Part shown: in pieces, positions 9,995 to 23,145 of the stretch | Numbering within the stretch: position 1 is the first letter of the stretch | Layout of the letters: the number at the start of each line of letters is the position of its first letter | NCBI GenBank assembly: GCA_003707115.1 | Contig: PPNB01000011.1 | Location: 62,001 to 126,000, forward strand | DNA: 64,000 bases | Origin: Tortispora ganteri | Lineage: Eukaryota | Direction of reading: 5' to 3' | Made by a program: the position numbers and the translations under genes | The notes under the pieces: generated by a model | Database searches by the model: none | What the model was told of the DNA's origin: nothing | What the model saw: the letters and a program-made list of their open reading frames with translations, nothing else

Positions 9995-11830
9995 ATGGGC
10001 CGTCGATTCTGGAAACGGCCAAGACGTCCGCCATCCCCCTCTGATGCTTTCGAAATCGGTACTGAGGACGATTTCATAAGCGCTGAAGAAGCTTCTGCCC
10101 TACACGTACCTTCTCTCTACGATCCAGACTCAAGATCCCAAAATTATTCACTTATTCACCGAAACCTCTCTAACGGCTGGGAAGCCAAAGTCAAATCCTA
10201 CAGCCTAGCCGCAACCCCTTATAACCCCAGGGATCACTACAATCCTACACACAATCTACCTCCTTCGCATTCCCTTGGTAGAGATGACTCTTTCAAAACT
10301 CTACCGGAACTTTCGCTGCCTCCGCGTCTTAATTCTCCCGCTCCGGCCTCTCCTGTCTCATTACCGGAGCGACGCCCTGAAACAATGAGCACTTTCGACA
10401 GTAACTCCACGGGCGAAACACGCCGTATAGATCTGACTACTCAAATGGACTCATTAAGCATATCTGTGCCAAACTCGGCTTCTGTCTCTCTCAAAGACTA
10501 CCAACCATCTCCACTTTCATCAGAACCTCCGCAACATGAACTCATTCGACCTAGCTTGTCTAATCGCACTGACTCCAGTCAGAGCCTGAACATATACAAA
10601 AAAGCCTCACATAATACCACCGCTTCTTCATCTTCTATAACTACTTCCAATAATGCTCTTCCTCGATCAAACTCGCAAGGCGAATTACTGTCTGATTCAC
10701 TGTCCAACTATCATTCACATTCCTCCATGTCAAATCGCATGCTTCCTAATATCCCTCCCGTCGATTCTTCAACCAGCGATTCGCTTACTGATCTTTACGC
10801 TTCAATAGACGACACTAAAGAAACAGTATCAGAGGTTTCTTTAGGAACTATACGGTCTTCAGAATGTTGCCACACTGTGCCTGCAGAATACACTAACGAA
10901 TCTACACCTCTTCCACAAACAAGGGAGACATGTCAATCGTCATTCCCTAGACGAACTGATTCAAAACAAAGCTTAACATTGCACTCTATTAAATCCAATA
11001 ATTCGAATTACAGTGAAGTGCAGGATGATCTTAACTCTATACGCCGTCTCTCGGAACCGCGGTTATTGTCTGCCTCGTCCAATGACGAATATCCGGATGA
11101 AGACCGGCCGACAAGCGTATACGAAGAAGTTACCGAAGTACCAGCTACGCTTCCTGAAGAGCCTCCTAAACAGTATATGCGCAATTCAAGTGGTCATGAA
11201 GGTCGTGCCCCAGATGGAGATGCTATGGCCGCTCCACCTATTAGTCCGTACGAATATGGCCCTGCTCGGATGCCTCAATCTCAGCCGTATCACAGAAGCT
11301 ATTCGGAAAATGGCACCTCTCAGAGATACAACTATATGAACCAACCAGAATATGCTATGTCACCGCAACCTGTTCCACCAAGACGGTTCAGTTATAATCG
11401 CATACCTAACCGTGACAGCGGTACTTACGGCTACCATACCGAAAGGTACAGCAGTGGCTACAGAAATCCGAATCCACACCCTAACTACTCGCATTATCAG
11501 ATGAGTAGCCACAGCCCCCATGGCTCTGGGGAGGATCTAGGATATCGTTGGAGTCAAGAGTCAGCACCGCGCCCTCCGCAAGGCCGACCACAAGGTTATA
11601 ATCGGATGCCGCCTGTGGCCGGACGAGCGGCTCCACCTGCAGGTCACGCTGGCTATCCATTCGTTCCAGACAACTACATGAGGCGTTCTACGCCGAATAA
11701 AAATAAGAGAGACATACCGGGGGCACTATCTATGAGCCATATGACCGGCGGAGAGTTTGGTAACAGTGCGATTCCCTCGTTTGAAAGCATTACTATGCCT
11801 AAAGGTAATCCGTACGGCAACTCAAATTGA
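9995..11830 (+). CDS. Uncharacterised Ser/Pro-rich, probably disordered protein (611 aa)
   Basis: 1.8-kb open frame from the first ATG at 9995; low complexity; no domain recognised. Confidence 0.7.
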   Translation: MGRRFWKRPRRPPSPSDAFEIGTEDDFISAEEASALHVPSLYDPDSRSQNYSLIHRNLSNGWEAKVKSYSLAATPYNPRDHYNPTHNLPPSHSLGRDDSFKTLPELSLPPRLNSPAPASPVSLPERRPETMSTFDSNSTGETRRIDLTTQMDSLSISVPNSASVSLKDYQPSPLSSEPPQHELIRPSLSNRTDSSQSLNIYKKASHNTTASSSSITTSNNALPRSNSQGELLSDSLSNYHSHSSMSNRMLPNIPPVDSSTSDSLTDLYASIDDTKETVSEVSLGTIRSSECCHTVPAEYTNESTPLPQTRETCQSSFPRRTDSKQSLTLHSIKSNNSNYSEVQDDLNSIRRLSEPRLLSASSNDEYPDEDRPTSVYEEVTEVPATLPEEPPKQYMRNSSGHEGRAPDGDAMAAPPISPYEYGPARMPQSQPYHRSYSENGTSQRYNYMNQPEYAMSPQPVPPRRFSYNRIPNRDSGTYGYHTERYSSGYRNPNPHPNYSHYQMSSHSPHGSGEDLGYRWSQESAPRPPQGRPQGYNRMPPVAGRAAPPAGHAGYPFVPDNYMRRSTPNKNKRDIPGALSMSHMTGGEFGNSAIPSFESITMPKGNPYGNSN

Positions 11831-13020
11831 TAGCAATAGCTGCTGCAAACTGAATTTTAGGCGGAAGTATTCTAGAAGATAACGAGGGCGGCCTGATATC
11901 TTAATTGAAGTCGCGTGGCTAGAAAGCAGCCGCATGCAAATAAGAGCCCAAGGTGGGAGTTACTAATGAAGGAAAGGTAAAATAAGGTCAATATCGTTAT
12001 ATACTTTTCAGATGAAATGAGACTGATATAATGGTGGTACGCCTATTTTAATTGGGGACGGTTTGATTAAGCCGATTGCCGCTCCGAAGCGCTTTGACCG
12101 TTGAGTTTAATTATATCTGCGTCTCTGGTTGAGAATACGGTACGAACACATTGTTGCAGTTATGCAGAAAGTTCTATAAGCCATTACTAATAAATGCATG
12201 GATTACAAGCTATATTTGAATTGGGGCGTTTCACTACGATCAATACTTGTTTGCATAGTGTTTATACAGCTGCAGATTAGAGCTGATTTAACATTTCAGG
12301 GCCCTTATTCCAAATTCGCTCACTCTTAGTATTTCCGTTTAGAGAAATTAGAACCCTTTCTTCTTTACAAAAGTACCTGCAGAACTGCGAATACTGGAAT
12401 AAAGGACCCTCATGCGATATTTCGCGAGAAGCTTAATCAATTTTGGATTTATTCGAAGAATCTTTTAATTATGATTGGCGAAATTAACCAATCATGACTA
12501 GATGGAAACTTTGCACAAGCTATTCTCGCCTTATGTTGTCATAGCAACATAAGTATTAGGAATAACTCTAACCCGTTTACGAAGAACAAGACCTGATTCC
12601 TAAGCGCTCCTAAGGTCCCTCTCTCTTGTTTCTAAATTTCATTATATTAGCATATCACTCTTTACTGTTGCCCTACCCCACATCGATACAAGAAGCTCAC
12701 TACTTCTACATCAGGTCGAATACCTGCTAATATTACTTGTTCATTGCTCTTTGCATAGTGTATACAGACCCAGTCCTAGTCAAAATCTTTATATTGCCCT
12801 CATCGATTTTACTACGCACGCGGCAATTACTCAAAGAGACCACCCCCACATAATACCAACACAACCTGCCTACCTCTGTCGCATTGCGCTTTAATCGCCA
12901 AGCCTTCCGCTTCAACACACGTTCTCTGTCTCTATTTTTTTTTTCTGTTTTTATTTTTTCCGGCTTCTTTCTTCAGATTTTTTCTCCTCCTTCAACCACA
13001 CCAACTGACGGGCCACTTCA

Positions 13021-16000
13021 ATGTTCGTGCCTAATACGTCGCATCCTGCAGCCATGTCTGCCTGCACTCCCGCAGATCAGCTCTACGATTCCGCGCCTAA
13101 ATACGCCCGATACCTCGAACCGTTTCAGTCAAGACCTTATGGTACGCCGGATTCAGCCCTGGACCATTCCGCCATCCTCAATGGAATGCGCGAGACTCGC
13201 GGGTCGTATAAGGGCGACATCAAATGGAACATCGGCTCAGACTGGCAAACGGGATACGCATACTTGCCTACAAACGAGCCGACTATTTATGCAGAATTAC
13301 CCGTATCGTCTGAAGCACCCATAGTGATATTCCCTAATCTCCGTGGCGCACATATAGAGACCGCTCTTTCCGACTTTATGATTGAACTCACAATATGTAC
13401 AGATCACACTCTGTGTACATATATAAAGCTTGCAGATGAGCACTCATTCTACCTGTGGCTCGGCGCGCTCATGTGCTGGCGCATCACGCGCGCTGCAGGA
13501 ATACAATCCAAGATCTTGCTGAACTATTTCCCTGCCCTCGATCCCTGCATACAGCATCGCCAAAACCTAGATGTCATTCCCCGCGCCAGCACTCCGACTT
13601 CAAATCACCCTGAAGGAAACAGCCTCATGCGGACAAAAAATGTTATTAAAATATCTCAGTTAAAGTACCAGTTATTTCACCCTATCACATCAAACGAAGA
13701 AGCCTATGCTGATGTCCCCGCGAATTCGGGACGGCTGTTCTTTTCCAAAATTGAAAACAAACCCATTGCGTCTTATCAAAACAACTGGATCACTGCAAAT
13801 GTCCTCCTCCAAGAAGACGGGACTTGCAAGTTTTTCCAGGATGGGAAACTAGCATTCTCTTTAGATATGTCGCTTCGATTGCGCTCAGATATTAACCCCG
13901 TTTCTTCTACCATTTTCCAACAGCGGTTCTGCCTTGCTATTAACACATTTTCTAATTGTTGGCATCACAGATACCATACTTCCTCTTACTCTGAACCTCA
14001 CACTGTTATTCTAATCTTCGAAGACCGCACTACATACGAGACTTGGCTTTTTCTCCTTCATTCCGCTGCTCAAAACGAGCTCTTCTCTCCGCTTTCTCGC
14101 CAGCCCTGTTACTTCCGGCAACACCGTCGATTAAGTGTGAAACTAATTAATGGAAGCATCCACAACATTGCCAGTGCTAAGTCTCCCGTGAATAAAGATG
14201 ATCCAGCTGCGTATAACGGTGTCGCTACCACTTTCGTCATCAAAGATAAATTTGCACGTGATGGTTTTTACTACACTTATAACAAATCTCGGGCTAACCG
14301 CCAAGCAGGTAGTGCGCGCGTTACTGGATTACAAGCAGCTGCATTGAAAAGTTCTGGTTCGTCACTTGTCTCACCAACTGATTCAACCGGATACATTAAC
14401 CAGAATTTTGCTTTTCAGTCTGTTCTCCTTTCTACAGGAGATTCTGAAAGCCGCAAGAGCGATTTTAGTGGCGCTGTGTCTTGCACGCCCGAAAATGGAC
14501 TGACTTCTGGAGGCTCAATAGAGACAATAGAGTATCGCAGATTGTCTAATACATTACAGCCGATCTCCAAGACTCTGGCCGAACCAGAATCTAGGAATTT
14601 GGACACTTACGTTGAGTTTTATACAGAAGGTTACATCATAGCCAGAAGCGGAATGGCCGTGTCTACATCTAAGCCAGTATGGAACGATTCCTTTAACTTG
14701 GAGAATAACCCAGTTGTGGGCTCTGCTTTCAGAATTGTTCTAAAGCGGCGCATTAATAAAACTCAAATAACCGATACTGATCCTATAATTGGAATTGCGG
14801 ATATAGACCTCGATGAAGAGAATTCGCGGATAGTGAACTGTGGAGAGGTGTGGGTCAGTGTGTATCCACCAGCAACTTCTCGCAAACTGGATGAAAAAGT
14901 AATGGAGGTCGACGATGAAAAGGAACGAGTAGCAGAAATTTACATACGCGTTGACTGGGCCCGAACTAATGTCATGTCAGATACAGAATACGAAGGTATG
15001 GAACTTCAGTTGTCAGATATAGGCACAGAGTTGTGCTTGCACCTGTATAACAGTATTGGACACACAGAGCTTCCCAAGATATTCACGAACATCTATCAAG
15101 GTATTGGATTGGCATTGGATTGGCTTCTGGCTATTATTGATAAAGACCTGAAAGCTATTCACTTCAGACCTGAATCTGGAAGTAATGTAAGGGACTTCTC
15201 GGAGTTGCAAATGATTTTTAGACCCAATACTTTTGCCACGAGGTCCATGGATGCCTTTTTGAAGCTTTGTTGTGGAGACTATGTGTACTCTACCTTACAT
15301 GATGTAATTGAGACCTTAATAGAAGAGGATCTTGATTGTGAAGTGAATCCGGAATTGCGTGAAACACTCAAACCTGTTAAAAGCCACACTGGTGCGAGAT
15401 CGAAACTACATGCGTTCAGCGCGCAAACCAAGCAGCTATTTTCTTCCAGTTTATCTAGTTCACAAGCAGGTCAGTCGTCTGAGCTGAAAAAAGTTTGGGA
15501 TCAACTATTTAGATATATGGGCATGGTATGGGGCGCAATAAGAGGATCTGCGTCTTCTTTACCACCTCAAGTAAATGAACTGTTTTATGGAATTTCGGTG
15601 AGACTCCGTGAAAGGGTTGGAGACTGGGAGGAGGTACATTCGACTACAGTTGCTCCATTTCTGTTTTTGCGATTCTTCTGCCCAGCGTTGGTGGATCCTC
15701 GTGCGTTTGGCTTGACTATGAATAGTCCTAGCCCACGCACTCAACGAACACTCAAACTTATTGCGAAGGGGATACAAGGACTTGCTAATAAAGCAGAGTT
15801 TGGTCTTAAAGAGGAATGGATGTCACCTATGAATAAGTTTTTGCGCGAGAACAGCGAGGATTATGACCGTTTCCTGGTAGATGTGTGCCGACGCTCAGAC
15901 AGGGAAAACGAATTTGAGGCGTATGCGAAAGCTAACAAGGCACAAGCATTGAAAATGAGTAGCAAGGATAACAAAAAGCCGCAAATGATTTACACGGGGT

Positions 16001-16323
16001 ATAGAAAAGTCTTAGAGAGGCTGAGCCCCGAAAGACAAGAAGGACTGCCAATGTTGCCGTACGTTATTGACAGATCGTACTGGTACATGAAACTTGCAGA
16101 GATGGTGCATAAATTTGGAGCTAGAATGGTTCCTGATGAGAATGGGAATACCAGAGAGGAGCTGGTTACGTTTTTCAAGGAATGCGACAGACTGATACAG
16201 ATCAGGGAGAAAAGCTTGCTGCGATGCATTCCGGCCGAGGTCCCTTCAGAACTTGACAATGATACATTCGATTATATGTGCGAATGCATAGCGGAAAACT
16301 TGAAAGAGGGCACAGTAGTGTGA
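13021..16323 (+). CDS. BUD2: C2 + RasGAP domain protein, Bud2/Cla2-like
   Basis: C2-like PVWNDSF...IIGIADIDL; RasGAP motifs IFRPNT, DCEVNP, FLFLRFFCPALVDP, RTLKLIAKGIQGLAN and KEEWMSPMNKF. Confidence 0.75.
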   Translation: MFVPNTSHPAAMSACTPADQLYDSAPKYARYLEPFQSRPYGTPDSALDHSAILNGMRETRGSYKGDIKWNIGSDWQTGYAYLPTNEPTIYAELPVSSEAPIVIFPNLRGAHIETALSDFMIELTICTDHTLCTYIKLADEHSFYLWLGALMCWRITRAAGIQSKILLNYFPALDPCIQHRQNLDVIPRASTPTSNHPEGNSLMRTKNVIKISQLKYQLFHPITSNEEAYADVPANSGRLFFSKIENKPIASYQNNWITANVLLQEDGTCKFFQDGKLAFSLDMSLRLRSDINPVSSTIFQQRFCLAINTFSNCWHHRYHTSSYSEPHTVILIFEDRTTYETWLFLLHSAAQNELFSPLSRQPCYFRQHRRLSVKLINGSIHNIASAKSPVNKDDPAAYNGVATTFVIKDKFARDGFYYTYNKSRANRQAGSARVTGLQAAALKSSGSSLVSPTDSTGYINQNFAFQSVLLSTGDSESRKSDFSGAVSCTPENGLTSGGSIETIEYRRLSNTLQPISKTLAEPESRNLDTYVEFYTEGYIIARSGMAVSTSKPVWNDSFNLENNPVVGSAFRIVLKRRINKTQITDTDPIIGIADIDLDEENSRIVNCGEVWVSVYPPATSRKLDEKVMEVDDEKERVAEIYIRVDWARTNVMSDTEYEGMELQLSDIGTELCLHLYNSIGHTELPKIFTNIYQGIGLALDWLLAIIDKDLKAIHFRPESGSNVRDFSELQMIFRPNTFATRSMDAFLKLCCGDYVYSTLHDVIETLIEEDLDCEVNPELRETLKPVKSHTGARSKLHAFSAQTKQLFSSSLSSSQAGQSSELKKVWDQLFRYMGMVWGAIRGSASSLPPQVNELFYGISVRLRERVGDWEEVHSTTVAPFLFLRFFCPALVDPRAFGLTMNSPSPRTQRTLKLIAKGIQGLANKAEFGLKEEWMSPMNKFLRENSEDYDRFLVDVCRRSDRENEFEAYAKANKAQALKMSSKDNKKPQMIYTGYRKVLERLSPERQEGLPMLPYVIDRSYWYMKLAEMVHKFGARMVPDENGNTREELVTFFKECDRLIQIREKSLLRCIPAEVPSELDNDTFDYMCECIAENLKEGTVV

Positions 16324-16445
16324 CACAAACTGTCTGTATAACATTTATCGTCTGACTAGAATTGCATATATGTACATTGGTTTCCTGCTATTTAGAGTTT
16401 AACTAATGTTCCAGGCCCAAACGCGAATATTCCCTCTACGCCATT

Positions 16446-17327
16446 ATGGCCGATGACACTTTTACCGTAAGATCACAGTACAGAGAGCTTCAAAATGCGT
16501 TATCTAATAATAAAGATGAAGTAATACGTGAAGGTGATTCGTCAGAGCTGAATCGGGCACTTAAACGGGCGAATGACCTGTTTGGTGAGGTAGGCGATGT
16601 ACATACGGCGCGTCTTGATGCTCAAATCCTTCTACAAGTGTCAGAAACGGCAGAAGCGGCATCTAAACGGTTGAAATTGAGGGAAAATGAAGCAATTAAC
16701 TTGTCTGAAGTAATAGAAGCATTAAACAGCTTTGTTAGCGAAGATCGGTGGAATGAATTAGGTGATATGGCGTTCGCATCATTTAAATTCGTGCCCACAT
16801 TAAGTTTCCTCGCGGGAAGTATACAAAATATAAAAAACCGTACCCGAAAAGTTGCTGCAGAAAATGTAGCTACAGAAAACGATATAGAAGATACAGCAGT
16901 GCGTCATATTGATATAGGAGAAAGCGTGCAGGTCGCCACTAATGATACATCTGCCGCTGTGAGAGAAATGTACAAATACATAGCTGCAGCTGAACAGGCT
17001 AGAAAGTCCGGTCTTCTGTTATTCGAAGTGATTCTAAACCCGGAGTCTTACTCTCAGTCAGTGGAAAACATGTTTCATCTCAGTTTCTTGATCCACGAAG
17101 GCAAGGTCAGGATAACTGCACACGAAGACAATGATCTACCTTATGTTTCTACGTGTTCATACAACGAAGACGAAACCGAGGCTGACCTGCACCCGAACCA
17201 GTCTATTTTTTCTCTCGATATGGACACTTGGCGTTCACTAATAAACCAATACGACATCAAGAGCTGCATATTGCCTACACGTGAAACTACTGTAACCGGA
17301 GATGTCGACCACCGTTCCTGGAACTAA
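16446..17327 (+). CDS. NSE4: Smc5/6 kleisin subunit Nse4
   Basis: N-terminal VRSQYREL...ARLDAQIL and C-terminal LFEVILNPESYSQSVENMFHLSFLIHEG...WRSLINQYDI. Confidence 0.88.
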   Translation: MADDTFTVRSQYRELQNALSNNKDEVIREGDSSELNRALKRANDLFGEVGDVHTARLDAQILLQVSETAEAASKRLKLRENEAINLSEVIEALNSFVSEDRWNELGDMAFASFKFVPTLSFLAGSIQNIKNRTRKVAAENVATENDIEDTAVRHIDIGESVQVATNDTSAAVREMYKYIAAAEQARKSGLLLFEVILNPESYSQSVENMFHLSFLIHEGKVRITAHEDNDLPYVSTCSYNEDETEADLHPNQSIFSLDMDTWRSLINQYDIKSCILPTRETTVTGDVDHRSWN

Positions 17328-17606
17328 TTGCTCTCCAAATATTCCTCTATCTCTGTCAGACAGATTTATTTCTTTGCATACAGTACATAACCTCTTTTAT
17401 GATTCCTATTAATTATTTTTTTCTCTTTTATTTTGGCCCTCTAACCGCTTCACAATCAATATATTTGCAAGCTCGTTATTATCAGGGTTAGGGTAGAGAT
17501 TTTCTCAACGTCTTAGGAATCCCAACGGAGCAATGTAACATTCCACTTTAGACCGGTACCTGGCCATTTTTCTCATAATTTTACTGTATAGATTTTCCGT
17601 GGCCAG

Positions 17607-18713
17607 ATGTCAGCATTTCGTAAAGGGCTAGCGACGGTGGCAAAAAGCCGACGATTAGCTTTGAGAGAGAAACTGACAGAAGGACCAAAGTTCGAAGATT
17701 TCGTCACGGGGACTGTCCTTGACCCTGCCGAATACGCCGCTCAGAAGAGGAAAGAGCACGTCCGTCTGCCTTCGTGGCTCAAAAAACCCATTCCTGCAGG
17801 CGGTAGCTTTGCTAAAATTAAAGAAGATTTGCGAGGACTGAATCTGCACACTGTTTGCGAAGAGGCTCGATGCCCTAACATTGGAGAATGCTGGGGTGGA
17901 TCTGATAAGTCCAAAGCAACTGCAACGATCATGCTTATGGGTGATACCTGCACACGTGGGTGCCGTTTCTGTTCAGTAAAGACCTCTAGAACACCAGGAC
18001 CTTTGGATCCACACGAACCTGAACACACCTCTGAGGCCATTGCACGGTGGGGGCTCGGATACGTCGTACTAACGACTGTTGATCGCGACGATCTGCCTGA
18101 CGGCGGCGCGAACCATTTCTCAGAAACTGTACGGAAGATTAAGATCAAGGCTCCCAAGACTCTTGTAGAGACGCTCACAGGTGACTTTCGTGGCGACTTG
18201 GACATGGTACGACTGATGGTAGACTCGGGAATGGATGTATATGCACACAATGTTGAGACTGTTGAAGAACTAACTGAGTCTGTCCGCGACAGACGCGCCA
18301 CATTTCAACAATCGCTTTCTGTTTTAAAAACCGCTAAGGATCACAAACCTGATCTTATCACTAAAACATCCATAATGTTAGGAATGGGTGAGACAGACGA
18401 TCAAATACAAAGGACTTTAAGGAAACTGCGGGAGGTCAACTGCGACGTTGTCACATTTGGCCAGTATATGAGACCTACAAAACGGCACATGAAAGTAGAG
18501 GAGTATGTTACGCCTGAAAAATTTGATTACTGGAAAGATCAGGCTTTGGATATGGGATTCCTATATTGTGCATCAGGCCCGCTAGTTCGCTCTTCTTACA
18601 AGGCTGGTGAGGCTTTCATAGAGAATGTCTTGAGGAAACGCCAAAACGGCGAAATCCCTATAGCAGCATCGTCTACGGTGAAGCATTCGGAAGCAACTAC
18701 TAATAACTCATAG
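17607..18713 (+). CDS. LIP5: Mitochondrial lipoyl synthase
   Basis: [13 protein letters not shown], radical-SAM motif [20 protein letters not shown] and a basic presequence. Confidence 0.98.
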   Translation: MSAFRKGLATVAKSRRLALREKLTEGPKFEDFVTGTVLDPAEYAAQKRKEHVRLPSWLKKPIPAGGSFAKIKEDLRGLNLHTVCEEARCPNIGECWGGSDKSKATATIMLMGDTCTRGCRFCSVKTSRTPGPLDPHEPEHTSEAIARWGLGYVVLTTVDRDDLPDGGANHFSETVRKIKIKAPKTLVETLTGDFRGDLDMVRLMVDSGMDVYAHNVETVEELTESVRDRRATFQQSLSVLKTAKDHKPDLITKTSIMLGMGETDDQIQRTLRKLREVNCDVVTFGQYMRPTKRHMKVEEYVTPEKFDYWKDQALDMGFLYCASGPLVRSSYKAGEAFIENVLRKRQNGEIPIAASSTVKHSEATTNNS

Positions 18714-18766
18714 TAATTTATACGAAATGATAACTTTATTTAGTGGGTTCTTTAGATGTGTATTAT

Positions 18767-20500
<1,734 letters not shown>

Positions 20501-20552
20501 TTAAAAGACGCACATAAATTTTCGAATACATATATACTGACATTAGCTCATG

Positions 20553-20559
20553 TCACGTG
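20553..20559. promoter_or_regulatory. Cbf1-type E-box TCACGTG upstream of MET3
   Basis: Exact TCACGTG about 70 bp upstream of the MET3 ATG; Cbf1 is the known regulator of sulfur genes in budding yeasts. Confidence 0.6.
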
Positions 20560-20882
20560 CGATCATGACAAGATTCGGTGCTCAGATGGGCAAAAAGGAG
20601 TTATAACTGGTAAACCTTATTTGAGTATTTTGCATAGTTACGATAACAAGATCTATAGGTTGTTTTAGTGGTTTGCCTATTAGTCAGGAGTACTAAAAAG
20701 GTTGTCTTGGTCTAGAGCTGGCTGCGAGACAAGGACTATAAAGTGTAAGCATTATATACTCTGGGCCAACGAGTGAGAAGAAGGTGACAGCAACAGCTTC
20801 AGTACAAGGGAATAGAAACCAACTTTAAGCCAGGCCAACCGGGTTAGCGGATAGCCGGACGACCACACATGAATAGCGCGGT

Positions 20883-21503
20883 TTAGCCAAGAAGCACCTG
20901 GAGGATGCGGTCTTCTGAGTCTGAGCCGAGTTCAGTAATATCTAGATCCTTGACTGCGGCAATGACCTGATTACGGTCGAAACCCATATTTTCAAAATGC
21001 TCAAGGAGAGCAGGATCAATGCCCTGAGCAGGATCCTGCTCTGTTTGACCGGCACCAGCATACATCTGAGCCCACTGTTTGGCGGTCTCGTCATAACGCT
21101 TGCGATCGTTAAGGTAAATATTAGCGACTTCTGCATCTTGTGGGTCGGTAGGTTCCGCAGACTGAAGTAGAGACTGTAAAGAAATCATGCTGCTTTTAAG
21201 GGTAAGCACAGGAGACCATGCGTCTTTCAGGATGTCAAGACAGATGGCACCAGTCTGCGACGATATGTTAGGATGATATACCTTAGTCTCGAACTTCATC
21301 TTGGGCGGTTTGAACGGATATTCATTAGGTACTTGGATGTCGATTACATAAGTTCCTCCTTCAAACGGCGTTCCTGGCGGTCCTTTGAATGTTCCTTTGA
21401 GATGGGACAAATCCCGTTCATCTAGAATCTTCAGTGTGACTCCAGAGGCTTTATCGCTTTTGACGTCCTCGATCTCTTTAGCTATACGGCGTGCACGTGA
21501 CAT
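20883..21503 (-). CDS. UBC1: E2 ubiquitin-conjugating enzyme with a C-terminal UBA domain
   Basis: MSRARRIAKE (ATG 21503), YHPNISSQTGAICLDILKDAWSP, PTDPQDAEVA and UBA motif FENMGFDR. Confidence 0.96.
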   Translation of the reverse strand: MSRARRIAKEIEDVKSDKASGVTLKILDERDLSHLKGTFKGPPGTPFEGGTYVIDIQVPNEYPFKPPKMKFETKVYHPNISSQTGAICLDILKDAWSPVLTLKSSMISLQSLLQSAEPTDPQDAEVANIYLNDRKRYDETAKQWAQMYAGAGQTEQDPAQGIDPALLEHFENMGFDRNQVIAAVKDLDITELGSDSEDRILQVLLG

Positions 21504-21765
21504 TTTATACACAAGAAAATCTTCGTTAAATTTTACTAAATTACTACCAGTGAATTTAATAACTGGATTTTCTCCCTACTGTAGTCTTTTTCTACGAGTA
21601 GAACGGAACGCACTGTTTTGGTATAGACGTAGGGGGGTGAGTGGTGGTACTGGGTAAGTTTACCTTGACGACCTACCCCCCTGGCCTACACACATTTTGG
21701 ACTTTTATCACCTAATAGAGCCCGCATTTCGTTCCTCGGCGGCCTACAGCCAATTGTGCACCACA

Positions 21766-23127
21766 ATGGACGCTATAACTCTTGATCTGTCACAATATGC
21801 TTTGTCAAAAGGTATTGTGCTTTTAGACAAGACCTCTGCGGCCCGCGCTCTCCCTGCGCCTCTCACCACACGACCTACCAAATTCCCTCGTACTGCCTAC
21901 GACGCTGCAATCGCCCTACAGCGACCCTTCAATGAACTCTATAAGGACATTGCATGCTCTACATCGTTTCTCGACGATATAATGAATGATCTCAAGACAC
22001 TCGATCACTTTACTGGTACTCTTTACGATCTATACCTCCGCACAGGACGCGAACCCATTCAGCCGCTCTCGCTTGGTATCTTCCGCTCCGACTATATGCT
22101 GGATTCTAACGACAAATATATCAAACAGGTAGAATTTAACACCATATCTGTGTCTTTTGCGGGTCTGTCTACTCTTGTGCCTTCACTCCATGCCTACCTC
22201 GGCAAAAAGTACCAAATACACGGCTATCGATCCATCCCTGACAATTCTGCTGTCCAGACAATTGCCGACGGCCTGTATGCGGCGCATCAGCAGCTTGCCC
22301 TCAAGGACTCCGTTGTCCTCTTCATCACACAGGAAAACGAGACCAATGTTTTTGATCAAAGAGCCATAGAATCTTATCTAATAGAGCAGTACAATGTCCG
22401 CTCAATCCGACTACACTTTAATAAGGTCCTGGACTGCGCTCGTGTTGATCCGCAATCGTCCGTACTCTATGTCGCTGACCAGCCAGTTTCAGTTGTGTAC
22501 TATCGTGCAGGCTACGACCCCAAGGAATATACTTCTGACGCCCATTGGCGCGCGCGCGAGATGCTCGAGAAGTCATATGCGGTAAAGTGTCCTTCGATTA
22601 TCACTCAACTTGCAGGAACAAAGAAAGTCCAACAGGTCCTTGCGATGTCTGGAGTGCTGGAGAAGTTTGTTGATGAAAATACAGCAAAACAGCTAAGGCG
22701 CTCTTTTGTTGATCTGTACCCTCTGGATACATCCAGCTATGGTCTGAAGGCCAGAGAAATAGCACTCAATGATCCGGTGCAATACGTTCTCAAACCACAG
22801 CGCGAAGGAGGAGGGAATAACATATACAGCAATGACATACCCGCATTTCTGAAGTCTATTCCAGAATCTGAGTGGTCATCCTACATATTGATGAAACTTA
22901 TAGACACTGAGACACACAAGACCACTATTGTTCGCGATACAAAGGTCTTCAATGGCGACACTATATCGGAGTTGGGTATATATGGCTGTATCCTCTGGAA
23001 TCAGAAGACATCAGAAACATTTTATAACACTGGCGCTGGTTGGCTATTACGTACAAAAGCTGCTGATAGCAACGAGGGAGGAGTCGCAGCTGGGTTTGGC
23101 AGTATAGATGCCCCAGAACTAATATAG
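21766..23127 (+). CDS. GSH2: Glutathione synthetase
   Basis: LGIFRSDYM, KQVEFNTISVSF, VVYYRAGY, QLAGTKKVQQ, VLKPQREGGGNN and NEGGVAAGF; first ATG at 21766. Confidence 0.96.
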   Translation: MDAITLDLSQYALSKGIVLLDKTSAARALPAPLTTRPTKFPRTAYDAAIALQRPFNELYKDIACSTSFLDDIMNDLKTLDHFTGTLYDLYLRTGREPIQPLSLGIFRSDYMLDSNDKYIKQVEFNTISVSFAGLSTLVPSLHAYLGKKYQIHGYRSIPDNSAVQTIADGLYAAHQQLALKDSVVLFITQENETNVFDQRAIESYLIEQYNVRSIRLHFNKVLDCARVDPQSSVLYVADQPVSVVYYRAGYDPKEYTSDAHWRAREMLEKSYAVKCPSIITQLAGTKKVQQVLAMSGVLEKFVDENTAKQLRRSFVDLYPLDTSSYGLKAREIALNDPVQYVLKPQREGGGNNIYSNDIPAFLKSIPESEWSSYILMKLIDTETHKTTIVRDTKVFNGDTISELGIYGCILWNQKTSETFYNTGAGWLLRTKAADSNEGGVAAGFGSIDAPELI

Positions 23128-23145
23128 TTTATCTCCATCTATGTG

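Noticed and set aside
12884..13324. 146-aa TTG-started ORF overlapping the RasGAP start
   Set aside because: Its Phe-rich part is just a poly-T promoter tract and the rest is out of frame in the real gene.
20520..20880. Met31/32 (AAACTGTG), RYAAT or Cys3/MetR sites near the MET3 E-box
   Set aside because: No match found by eye; only the TCACGTG is supported.
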